Below are positions 39,725 through 52,453 of a stretch of 64,000 bases of DNA, piece by piece. The translations under genes were made by a program, and so were the position numbers. Position 1 is the stretch's first letter. Each line of letters opens with the position of its first letter. This stretch comes from Eledone cirrhosa (lineage: Eukaryota). Under the pieces are notes generated by a model that did no database searches, was not told the origin of the DNA, and worked only from the letters and a program-made list of their open reading frames with translations. The stretch lies in contig OZ024740.1 in NCBI GenBank assembly GCA_964016885.1, forward strand, positions 288,114,001-288,178,000, read 5' to 3'.

Positions 39725-40520
39725 TGGTAGATTGGCAGTATCGGTAGAGGGTCGGATGCCATACTTTGCAGCAAAGAGTTACGGCCCTTTATGGTCTGAG
39801 TTCAAATCCCGCCGAGGTTAACTTTGCCTTTCATCCTTACAGAGTCGATAAAATAAAGTACCAGTAATACACTGGGTTAATTGCTGGCCTTGTGCCAAAA
39901 GTAGAAACAATTATTAACGTCGGACGGCGATTGGCAGTATCGGTAGAGAGTCGGACGACATGCTTTGCAGTATAGAGTTAAGGCCCTTTATGATATGAGT
40001 TCAAATCCCGCCGAGGTTAACTTTGCCTTTCATTCTTACGGGGTCGATAAAATAAAGTACCAGTAATACACTGTGGTAATTGCTGGCCTTGTGCCAAAGG
40101 TAGAAACAATTATTAACGTCGGACATCATGCTTTCTGGCATAGAGTTACGGCCCTTTGCGTTCTTAGTTCAAATCCCGCCGAGGTTTAGCTTTGCCTTTC
40201 ATCCTTACGGGGGTCGATAAAATAAAGTACCAGTCACACACTGCGGTCGATTTAATCAACTTTCTACACCCCCTTCAAATTGCTGGCAATAGCATCCACT
40301 AATTCCTCCGTTAACCTTTCCTTTAATTAAAGTTAGGTATAACGATATTGGCGGGCGGCGAATTGGCAGAGTCGTTATAATGTCGGATAGAATACTTTAT
40401 GGTATTCATCCCGGCTGTCTGCTCTCTGAGTTCAAATCCCGCCGAAGTCAACTTTGCTTTTCGTCCTTTCGAGGTCGATAAAAACAAGACAAGTAGCAGT
40501 CTAGAACTGGGTTGGATTCT
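39725..40520 (+). mobile_element. Cluster of four SINE units (three head-to-tail plus one older copy)
   Basis: Repeated A box/B box/central domain at ~39725, 39925, 40115 (5'-truncated) and 40352. Confidence 0.85.
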
Positions 40521-40720
40521 TCTTCTATATCTCTTTCTCATCTCCTCTCTCTCTCGCTTTCTATCTTTCTCTGAAAGAAATCTGCTGTACACAGGTCTGG
40601 AGAGGGATGAGCCCCGCCAGGCTTAAAAATGACCAAGAAACGCCGCATGTCAATACAGCGCCCCCTACGACTTTATCAGGAGTTACGGAACCATGCATGC
40701 ATAACAATATTATTTGTTTA

Positions 40721-41505
40721 CGGTGGATTGGCAGTATCGGTAGAGGGTCGGACACCATGCTTTGAAGCATAGAGTTACGTCCCTTTACGATCTGTGTTCA
40801 AATCCCGCCGAGGTTGACTTTGCCTTTCATCCTTACGGGGTCGATAAAATAAAGTACCAGTAATACACTGGGTAATTGCTGGCCTTGTGCCTAACGTAGA
40901 AACAATTATTTGTTTACGGTGGATTGGCAGTATCGGTAGAGGGTCGGACACCATGCTTTGAAGCATAGAGTTACCTCCCTTTATGATCTGAGTTCAAATC
41001 CCGCCGAGGTTAACTTTGCCTTTCATCCTTACGGGGTCGATAAAATAAAGTACCAGTAATACACTGGGTAATTGCTGGCCTTGTGCCTAACGTAGAAACA
41101 ATTATTTGTTTACGGTGGATTGGCAGTATCGGTAGAGGGTCGGACACCATGCTTTGAAGCATAGAGTTACCTCCCTTTATGATCTGAGTTCAAATCCCGC
41201 CGAGGTTAACTTTGCCTTTCATCCTTACGGGGTCGATAAAATAAAGTACCAGTAATGCACTGGGGTAATTGCTGGCCTTGTGCCAAAAGTAGAAACAATT
41301 ATTTTTTTAACGGTGGATTGGCAGTATCGGTAGAGGGTCGGACACCATGCTTTGAAGCATAGAGTTACCTCCCTTTATGATCTGAGTTCAAATCCCGCCG
41401 AGGTTAACTTTGCCTTTCATCCTTACGGGGTCGATAAAATAAAGTACCAGTAATGCACTGAGGTAATTGCTGGCCTTGTGCCAAAAGTAGAAACAATTAT
41501 TTTTT
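40721..41505 (+). repeat. Tandem array of four near-identical ~196-bp SINE units
   Basis: Unit starts (CGGTGGATTGGCAG) at 40721, 40917, 41113 and 41311. Confidence 0.95.
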
Positions 41506-41851
41506 AATGTAATTTATTAATATCATCTGTACAATAATATCATTAAAAACTAAATGTTCTTGTGTCACGTTCCTGGATATAATATATGTTATGAAATAGG
41601 CCTGATTGAACCCTCCGTCTCAAGCATCCTGACAACTGTCAGAAAGAGCCAGTACTTTGTATAAATGAAGTGTGATAGCTAAACCGAAAATCAAACCTGG
41701 TACATAACACACGGCTCCTCGATGTCCGGTGTTGATGGTTCTTAAAACTTAGGTTCACATTTCGCATACGTTGTACTCTACACATTATATTGCATGATTT
41801 ACATCAGAGATTCACAACCTCTACCTCTTTTTCTCTATTTTCTCTCTCTTC

Positions 41852-42032
41852 ATTTATGAAGATAACGGGAAAAAAACCCGTGTCTCGGGAGCCATGCTCC
41901 GATTTACGAGAAACTTGTTTTATTCCATTTGTATTCCCATTTTAAGGGCAACTTCCTTTCAAAGGATTTGCCCATTGTGCGCCGTTTTGGCTGTATTATA
42001 TTACAGACAAGCACACAATCACAGAGTTTTAG
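41852..42032 (-). mobile_element. Helitron/HINE-like terminal segment
   Basis: Homologous to 44605-44790. Ends ACAGACAAGCACACAATCACAGAGTTTTA. Confidence 0.5.
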
Positions 42033-42033
42033 T

Positions 42034-42135
<102 letters not shown>

Positions 42136-42168
42136 TACATATATATACATATATACATACGCATGAAT

Positions 42169-42203
<35 letters not shown>

Positions 42204-42459
42204 TATTTAGTAGTATATAGATAGATAGATTCAAAATAAACAAACACCACCAACAACACCACCACTACCATCACTACCACCACCCTCCACCATGACATTT
42301 TAAACCCCTGTCAAATAATTCAACAAAAGCACACCACAAAAAAAGAAAGATCTCCTTCACACCGCAGGGGTTCAAAAGGTTGGGGAGGGGATGGAGAACT
42401 TTGTCGTTCTTTACAGAAGATGAAAACATTTGTTTTTTCTAGGTAAAAAATATTGTAGT

Positions 42460-44165
42460 GGGATAGAGAAAAGAAAATTTGATGGTCTAGTGAGAGAGGG
42501 GGAATTGTGAGAGAGAGAGAGTGAGGTATGTAGTGGAATATAGAGAGCGGGAGTGAATTTGTTGATTTAGTGAGAGGGTATTGTGAGTGTGAGAGAGAGA
42601 GAGTTAGGTACGTAGTGGATTAGAGAGAGGAGGAGAGAATTTGTTGGTCTATTGACAGAGGAGGTATTGTGAGAGAGAGTGAGGTATGTAGTGGGATAGA
42701 GGGAGAGGGAGGGAGTTTGTTGGTTTAGTGAGAGGGTATTGTGAAGATGTGAGAGAGTGAGGTATATTGTGGAATATAGAGAGCAGGAGAGAATGTGTTG
42801 GTTTAGTGAGAGAGGGGGAATTAAGAGAGTGAGAGAGAGTGAGGTGTATAGTGGTGTATAGTGGAATATAGAGAGCGGGAGAAAATTTGGAGGTCTAGTG
42901 CGAGTGGGGGATTTGTGAGAGAGAGTGAGGTATTTAGTGGGATATAAAGAGGGGGGAGAGAATTTGGTGATCTAATGAGAGAGGGGGAATTGTGAGAAAG
43001 TGTGAGGTATGTAATGAGTTATAGAGAGGGGTGAGAGAGGGGATTTAAGAGTGAAAGGGAGAGAATTTGGTGGAATTTGGTATAGAATTTGGTCCTCTAG
43101 TGAGAGAGTGGGATCGTGAGCAATGTATAGGGATATAGAGAGCGGGAGAGTATTTGTTGGTTTAGTGAAAGAGGGGGAATTAAGAGAGTGAAATAGAGTG
43201 AGTTATGTAGTGGAATATAGAAGTTGGTGGTCTAGTAAGAAATGGGGGAATTGTGAGAGAGAGTGAGGTATGTAGTGAGATACAGAGAGGGGGAATTATG
43301 AGAGAGAGTGGGCTATGTAGTGAGATATAGAGAGGGTGAGTGAATTTGTTGGTCTAGTGAGAGAGGGGGAATTGTGTGTGAGAGAGAGAGAGATATGTAA
43401 TAGGATAGAGAGAGAGAGGGAGAGAGTTTGTTGGTTTAATGATAGAGAGGGAATTAAGGGAGTGAGAGAGAGTGCGGTATGTAGTGGTATATAGAGAGGG
43501 GGAGATTGATTGGTGGGCTAGTGAGTGAGGGGGGATTGAGAGAGAGTGAGGTATATAGTGGGATATAGAGGGCGGGAGAGAATTTGGTGGTTTAGAGAGA
43601 GAGGGGAATTAAGGTCGTGGAAGAGAGTGAGGTATGTAGTAGAATATAGAGAGGGGAAGAGAATTTGGTGGTCTAGTGAGAGAGGAGTAATTGTGTAAGA
43701 GAGTGAGGTTTGTAGTGGGATATAGAGAGGGGCAGAAAGTTTGGTGGTATAGTGAGAGGGGTAATTGTGAAAGTGATAGAGAGTGAAGCATGTAGTGGGA
43801 TATAGTGAGGGGGAGAGAGCTTGGTGGGCTAGTGAGAGAGTGGGAATTACGAGAGTAATAGCGAGTGAGGTATGTACTGGTATAGAGAGAGGGGAGAGAA
43901 TTAGGTCATCTAGTGTGAGAGGGGGAATTGTGAGAGATTGAGGTATGTAGTGGGATATAGAAGGTGGCAGAGAGTTTGGTGGTTTAGTGACAGAGAGGGA
44001 ATTGTGAAAATGATAGAGAGTGAGGTATGTAGTCAGATGTAGAGATGGGGAGAAAGTTGGTCTAGCAAGAGAGACCGAGGCCTGTAGCGGTATGTAAAGA
44101 GGATGAGAAAGGTATGATGTTTTAGTGTGAGAGGGGTAATATTTTGAGAGAGAGAGTGACAAAAT
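42460..44165. repeat. Purine-rich minisatellite, diverged unit of roughly 60-75 bp
   Basis: Recurring GAGAGTGAGGTATGTAGTGGGATATAGAGAG..GAGAATTTGGTGGTCTAGTGAGAGAGGGGGAATTGTGA, about two dozen units. Confidence 0.9.
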
Positions 44166-44387
44166 AATTGTAGGAAGGAAGAAAAATGTTTTAATATTGG
44201 GTTTCACAGTGAAGTGGCTGTGTATATGAGTATGTGTGTTTATATGTATATGTATGTGCGTGTGTGTATATATATCTGTGCGTGTGTGTGCGTATTTATA
44301 TATATGTGAGCGTTCTTGTATGTTTGCATATGTATGTGTGTATTTGTTTATATGTATGCGTGTGTTTATATGTGTGTGTGTTATATT

Positions 44388-44419
<32 letters not shown>

Positions 44420-44604
44420 CGTGTGTTTGTATATATGTATGTGTGTACTTATATATATGTGTGTGTGTGTTTATATATATGTGTGTATGTGTGTGTGTGC
44501 GTGTGTATATGTGTGTGTGTGTTTGTATATATATATACGTATGTGTGTTTGTGTTTGTATCAATCTACTCTTTCACAACCACTATCTCTTTCTCGCGCTC
44601 TCTA

Positions 44605-44790
44605 TTTATGAAGGTACCCAGAAAACCCCGTGTCTCTGGAACCCATGCTCCGATTTATGCGAAACTTGTTTTGTTCCATTTGTATTACCATTTCAGGGGC
44701 AACTTCCTTTCAAAGTATTTTCCCTTTATGCGCCGTTTTGGCTGTATTAAATTACAGACAAGCACACAATCAGAGAGTTTTATTAGTATC
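44605..44790 (-). mobile_element. Helitron/HINE-like terminal segment
   Basis: Third copy of the family. Ends GAGTTTTATTAGTAT, whose reverse complement resembles Helitron 5' ends (TCTATACTAATAAAA). Confidence 0.5.
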
Positions 44791-45279
44791 TCTCTCTATA
44801 TATATACATACATGCATATATATATATATATATTCATACACACACACACTCATATATACATATGCACGTATACATACACACATGCAGACATGCTCACATA
44901 CACACATACACACACACACATATATATATACATATATACATACGCATATATATACATACGCATATATATATATACATATATACATATATACACACGGACA
45001 CGCACACACTCATATATATACAGTTACTCAAATGTATTTCGTATGTCGAAAACATGAGCCCTCAATATGTAAACAATGGTAAATGTATATATTTATTTAT
45101 TGCCATTAGTCGAAAATTAAGGTACTAGTAGTTTCATAGGCCGATCAGTTGTTGGTACATATTTTCTATAAATAACTAATGATATTGTAACCTGCATGTC
45201 TACGGTCGGACTATTCATCAACGGTTATAAATTCGACATTAACAAAGGTTATAACGGCTATGTGCATGTGTGTGTGTAT

Positions 45280-45340
<61 letters not shown>

Positions 45341-45361
45341 TGTGTATATATATGTGTGTGT

Positions 45362-45449
<88 letters not shown>

Positions 45450-45609
45450 ATGTGTACATATTTTTATGTATACATCTATATTAACAGGTTTACACACTAA
45501 TTGCATTACTTGAAGTTTCACACACGCAAAAAATCAAAAACAAAAACAAAACATGTCTGATTGTTCAATTCTGTTAATGCAATTTAATCTCCACCTCGCG
45601 GGTTGACAA

Positions 45610-45715
<106 letters not shown>

Positions 45716-45771
45716 TATATAGGTACACATATATATGTATATATATATATATATATATGTACACATATATA

Positions 45772-45825
<54 letters not shown>

Positions 45826-45863
45826 TATATATGTGTACATATATATGCATATATATATATATA

Positions 45864-46211
<348 letters not shown>

Positions 46212-46225
46212 AAGTATTTCCGTCG

Positions 46226-46267
<42 letters not shown>

Positions 46268-46557
46268 TACATACACACAAGTGGGCAATAGAAACAATCG
46301 ATCGAGACCTTCCAATAAATAACTGGTGAATCTTTCAACTGTTATTCAGTGGTGGAGCTATTGTTGCTATTAACGATATTTAAAGAAAATGATATTTAAT
46401 TGTGTTTTGGTTTTTGTTTGTATTTCTGAGGTTTGAAATAATAAATAAGATGAAGAAATGAAGAAAACAGCGAAAAATTAAATATAAAAACATTTTCAGC
46501 TATCTAGTAACTTTTATGTCAACGATGTTGCCATGCAACTCTTGTTCGGGGTCAATT

Positions 46558-46627
<70 letters not shown>

Positions 46628-47488
46628 TATTTAAAATTAGTATATACATCGGATAGCGCACAGAAACAAGGCAAAAATAGAAAAACATCGTACAAGGATG
46701 AAATATATTTATTTTAATATATAAAAGGAAGAGGTTTATCACTCCTCAAATAGCACTAAGATACGGACTGTGTAGAATAAATAATTTATCTTGTTCCCTG
46801 ATCTTTTGAATAGAAATATTTTAAATATCGTTTCTAGATACTCTTATAGATACACAGTCGGAAAATTGTAAAGTGATACCAACAAAAATGATAAGAAAAA
46901 TAGAGTTATCGTAGATGGAAGAAGGCTGTTTCCTCGCCAATCTAAGTAAGAAATGTTACTATTTAGATGCTGGTTGTTAGAAATATCTGCAAAAATATCT
47001 TGAAAAAGAAACAGACAAAAAATTCAAACGGATAAAGATGACTCTAAAACACAACGTTTTGATAACAAATACAAGTTTTGCCGACTTTCAGATGCAGCTA
47101 TAACCCAGGTAATCATTCATTACAGGGAACTAACTGTCAGCTAGACTTTATCTTTTTATCAGATCACGAGTCAAGGAAAAAGAAGGAAACAAAATTTACA
47201 TATGTGGATTATAGGCTGTATAAACCCCCCCCCAAACAAACTTGAGAAGTAGCTAAATTAAAAATCCAATGCTGTTGCTTTATTTTTTCAATTTCATATA
47301 AATCCATCATGCTAGGACTTAACTGCAGTTTTCCTAGCCAGTAAGCAGGTGACAAACACTCTCTTTGGACATGATGCTATAACACTTCTAATGATGATGA
47401 TGTTGATGATCCTTCCTTTATTGGCTACATATTCAAAATATTTTATACAAAATAATTACAAACAAATATACTGGGATATATGTCTATA

Positions 47489-48002
47489 CCTTTTTTACCC
47501 GAATAAAAGCCCGATCCGAATATAAGTCGACTCTTATTTTATGTCTGAGAAATGGGCAAAAATCCAAACTCTGTTTATAAATCTAGGCAGCTAAACAACA
47601 TACTATGTTTAGATGGCGTGATTTGAAACTCTCATAAGTGTAAAATGTATTAAGGAAGTTTTAATATTTTGATGTTTAAAATGTTTTAAGTGTCGTTTAG
47701 TATATAGTTTTTTTTTACTATTACATCCATTTTATAAAACATTTATCGAATTTTTGTTTACTTCCGGCCATTTATATGCTATGAGTAGTTTTAAAGCAAG
47801 AGATCGAATAAGAGAACTTTGTATAGGGATTCACAGAGTAGAAGAGGGAGAAAACAGCAAGTGAGAGAGGGGAAAGGTACAGCGAGAAAAAGAGAAGGCA
47901 AGACGGAAGAAAGAGTGAGAGCAATAAAATACAAGTCGGAAGTAAGATTTCAATTTTACGTAAGATTGAAAGAAAAAGTATTATTAAGTCAGAGAAAAAC
48001 AA

Positions 48003-48099
<97 letters not shown>

Positions 48100-48436
48100 C
48101 GTGTGTGCACGTGCACGCACGCGCGCGAAAGTGTGCATGCGTGTATGTGTATGCGTGTATTGGTATGGGATATGTATGTATTAAAAAGTTGAAATTATAT
48201 AAAATTATTGGAACATTTTCAAGGGAATACATAAATAACACCAATGACAATGTAGTAAATATAGAAAAACAGTGTTTCATTGTAAAATAATCAATCCAAA
48301 TACTTTATCAGCTCATTTACGCAAAATTTGAAGTTGATGAATATCGACAAAATATTGACCTCGAATATAAGTCAGCCCTCATTTTACTATCGATTTTTTG
48401 TTACATATTTCTTGGCTTATATACGAGTATCTCCGG
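47489..48436. mobile_element. Tc1/mariner (Tc2/pogo-like) non-autonomous element
   Basis: TA|CCTTTTTTACCCGAATAAAAGCCCGA...CTTGGCTTATATACGAGTATCTCCGG|TA. Subterminal CGAATATAAGTC repeats near both ends. Confidence 0.55.
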
Positions 48437-48455
48437 TATATATGTTTATTTATTA

Positions 48456-48620
48456 GGCACAATCATGGCTGCGTGGTTAAGGAAATTGCTTTGCAGCTAG
48501 TTGGTTCTAGGTTCAGTCCTGTTGCATGACACCTTTAGTAAGCGTCTATTACTATGGGTTGACAAATGTCTTGTGAGTAGAATTTACTAGATGGAAACTG
48601 CAAAAGCCAGTCGTATATAT
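48456..48620 (+). mobile_element. tRNA-derived SINE of a third family (Octopus-type)
   Basis: ATGGCTGCGTGGTTAAG A box, GGTTCAGTCC B box, 3' GATGGAAACTG..AAGCCAGTCGTATATAT. Confidence 0.65.
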
Positions 48621-49260
48621 ATATGTATATTTAGCGGGTGAAGGTGTAGTTTTTTTGTAGTTGTTTGGTTGCTTAATTCATTTGTGGAGGTGTAGTAAGA
48701 GTTGTAAGATGTGTTTATGTTATTTATGCATTCGCTTGAATGGCAAATGAATGAAGTGTGTCTCAGTGAGTTGAAAGAATTGCTATAATGTTGTGCCATA
48801 ATCGATGAAACCACTTGTAGTTGCTTGTAGTAATGATGCGATATTGTCGCAGGGAAGACGATTTTCCCCAATCACATTGATATGAAGTGCACAAATGAAC
48901 AAAACCACGAAACCGCTAAATTAATGTTTATTTGAAGAATAGAAGACACAACAGATTGATTGAATGAATGTAAGGCTGTGTAATGTTAGCGTCGCTGTGA
49001 ATTATGTTGGAAATGAATGCAGAAATTCTGAATGAACTAAGTATCAATGAAATTTGGTAGATCTGGCAGGCCCTTGCCAGCGGCCGTTGGCAAAGGGCCA
49101 GTTAGTTAGTGAGTTTCTCTGTGAGAGTGAAAGTTTGTGAGTGTCTGTAGTAGTCAGCCAACGAGTGTTCTGCTGTAGTCTATTCTGACAGATTCAGATT
49201 TTACTATATATAAGGTTTTCCTTACAGACCACACAAGTTATTGTTGAGTGGCTATTGTCC

Positions 49261-49314
<54 letters not shown>

Positions 49315-49475
49315 TCCATGTGTGTGTGTGAGTCCGTGTTTGTGTTTATGTTTTTGACTGTCTGTGTTTATGTCCTGCATCGTAATAGTTCGATAGAAAA
49401 GAGATGGAGAAAATAACTACCAGACTTGAAATAATAAGTACATGGTCGTAGTCTCCTGACTGAAACAGTTAGAAG

Positions 49476-49583
<108 letters not shown>

Positions 49584-49584
49584 G

Positions 49585-50490
49585 TAAAAAATTGAACGGG
49601 AACAAAACAGAGAGGGTGTACGAACAAAGGTTTATTAGTTTCACGCTCTTGAGAGTGGGGTGGTGGTGGGGAACGACGTTTCGGGCATAAGCCCTTCTTC
49701 AGGTGAAAAGTGTGTGGGAAGAGAGTTCCAAGGGTGTGTAGGGGAGTGGTGGAGAGACATATAGAAAAAAGGGGGCGAGAGGAAACGGTACAAATGAAAT
49801 TAAATATAAAAGCATGATAAAAATAAAAATAAAAATACACATGAAGTAAAACAGGTGGTGGAAGGATGTGGGGCGTGTAGGGGTGGTGGCGGGTGGAGTG
49901 GGGAGAGGGAGGCGAGGTGTCCGAGCGGGGAGGGTTGAAGGTGGTGTGTGTGTGTAGGTGTACGTGTGTGTATGTGAAAGTAAGAGTTGGGGGAAGAACG
50001 GGGTTGCATGTTCAGGAAGAGGTGTGTGTGGGGTGGGGTGGAGGTCGGAGTGTGTGTGCGTGTGTGGATAGAGGGGTGGGGGAGAGGATTCCGGAGGCTG
50101 AATGTGTAAATATGTGGTGGTACGCACGTGTGTGTGTGGTGTTTATGTGTGTTGTGGATGTAGGTGGCGTGTGGGGGAAAAAAATGTTTGGGTGTATGTC
50201 AGTGGGTGAGTCCTTAAGTTAGTTCCGTAGACGATGTGGTGAAATGCTGAGTAATATCCTTGGGATGTGGTGGATTCTAGGGATCGATGTTCACATATGT
50301 GTAATCCGTGAAGAGATTGGTCGGAAGAGGGGAGATGTGGGGTGCGCGCGCAACAGGAAGTGGTCAGAGGGTCAAGGCAGGAGGAGGGTTGTGTGTCTGT
50401 GTGTTTTCAAGATGGCGTAGGACAGAACAAAGGAGAGGCACAAAAAACAAAGAAAAGAATCCCCAGCCACTGAAGAGGTCACAGAATGTG
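49585..50490 (-). mobile_element. Penelope-like pLTR/3' region
   Basis: Hammerhead core followed by AATAAA (TTTATT at ~49631) and a tail ending at (TA)n. The upstream CA/CC-rich extent is approximate. Confidence 0.55.
49672..49706 (-). ncRNA. Minimal hammerhead ribozyme (Penelope type)
   Basis: tcac-CUGAAGA-a-gggc ttat gccc-GAAA-cg-UC-gttc. Intact core with ACGT palindromic stem III, weak stem I. Confidence 0.7.
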
Positions 50491-50716
50491 TGACGAAAGA
50501 ACTTTGACAATATATAAACAACCATCTGGTTGTGGAATCAACCAACCAACCGGAAATTTATAAATTCCTAAATTTATAAATTTATTATAATAAATTGAAG
50601 TGAAAGCAACTGGTGCGTGTGTTTCTTATTGGCAACATGACCCTCCCAAAGTATAACAATATCGGTTTCAACACATGTTTTCAGATAAAGAATCTTGCTA
50701 AACAAATTCAGAAACG

Positions 50717-50766
<50 letters not shown>

Positions 50767-50780
50767 GTATATATATATAA

Positions 50781-50885
50781 TTAATTGTTTCTACTTTTGG
50801 CACAAGGCCAGCAATTATTCCAGTGCATTACTGGTACTTTATTTTATCGACCCCGTAAGGATGAAAGGCAAAGTTAACCTCGGCA
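50781..50885 (-). mobile_element. SINE 3' half
   Basis: Reverse complement of GCCGAGGTTAACTTTGCCTTTCATCC...GTAGAAACAATTA. Confidence 0.85.
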
Positions 50886-51105
50886 TACCCTTTCTTTTTC
50901 CTTTTTTTCTGTAATCTCTTCTTTTTATCGCTCCTTTCTTTTTTCGCCTCCTCTTTCTCTTCCTTCCTCTCTTTCTCTTCTTATTTTTTCTAGCGATTCT
51001 ATTTCTGTTTTTTATTTATTCCACTTCTTTTTTGTTCTCTCTTCTTCTTTCTAGCATTCTTTCTTTCTATTTCTTTTTCTTACTTTCATCATCCTACATC
51101 CAGCA

Positions 51106-51153
<48 letters not shown>

Positions 51154-51157
51154 CGAA

Positions 51158-51193
<36 letters not shown>

Positions 51194-51399
51194 ACTAACA
51201 TCTCTCTTTATTTTCCTCCCTCCATCTCTCACTTTTTCTCTCTTCTGTCTCTCTCATCCTTGTTATGTGTACAACAGTTGCTAGGCACCGTGATGTCGTT
51301 ATATCTCTCTTGGAGGGAACAACATGGCTGACAGTGTCGCCAGTCTTCATAACAATCTATCAGTCTGTCTGCCATCCATCCACCCGTCCATCCGTCTAC

Positions 51400-51451
51400 C
51401 CCTCTGCCTCTCTCTCTCCCTCTCTCTCACTCTCTCTCTCTCACACACACA

Positions 51452-51496
<45 letters not shown>

Positions 51497-51511
51497 TCTC
51501 TCTCACACACA

Positions 51512-51558
<47 letters not shown>

Positions 51559-51571
51559 TATCTCTCTCTCA

Positions 51572-51607
<36 letters not shown>

Positions 51608-51644
51608 ATCTCTCTCTCTCACTCTCTCTCTCTCACACACACAC

Positions 51645-51681
<37 letters not shown>

Positions 51682-51751
51682 ATCTCTCTCTCTCTCACTC
51701 ACTCTCTCTCTCTCACACACACACACACTATCTCTCTCTCTCACACACACA

Positions 51752-51824
<73 letters not shown>

Positions 51825-51897
51825 TATCTCTCTCTCTCACTCACTCTCTCTCTCACACACACACTCTCTCTATCTCTCTCTCTCTCTCACAAACACA

Positions 51898-51930
<33 letters not shown>

Positions 51931-52016
51931 TATCTCTCTCTATTTATTTATTTATTTATCTATCTATCTGTCTGTCTATCTGTCTATCAACCTACCTACC
52001 AACCAACCCATCCATC

Positions 52017-52080
<64 letters not shown>

Positions 52081-52103
52081 TATCTATCTCCCTCTCTCTC
52101 TCG

Positions 52104-52139
<36 letters not shown>

Positions 52140-52150
52140 ATCTCTCTCTC

Positions 52151-52200
<50 letters not shown>

Positions 52201-52211
52201 TATCTATCTCC

Positions 52212-52253
<42 letters not shown>

Positions 52254-52365
52254 CTCTCTCTCTCTCTCTCGCTCTATCTATCTCTCCATCTATCTATCTG
52301 TCTGTCTGTCTGTCTATATATCTGTCTATCAACCTACCCGTCCATCCATCCATCCACCCACCCAT

Positions 52366-52452
<87 letters not shown>
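51400..52452. repeat. ~1-kb compound (CT)n/(CA)n/(TATC)n microsatellite
   Basis: Direct reading. Confidence 0.95.

Positions 52453-52453
<1 letters not shown>

Noticed and set aside
40721-41505. CRISPR-like or tRNA gene array
   Set aside because: Units are ~196-bp SINEs without unique spacers or a cloverleaf, in a eukaryotic context with no cas genes.
43518-44207. 229-aa Ser/Leu/Pro-rich ORF
   Set aside because: It is a translation of the pyrimidine strand of the minisatellite.
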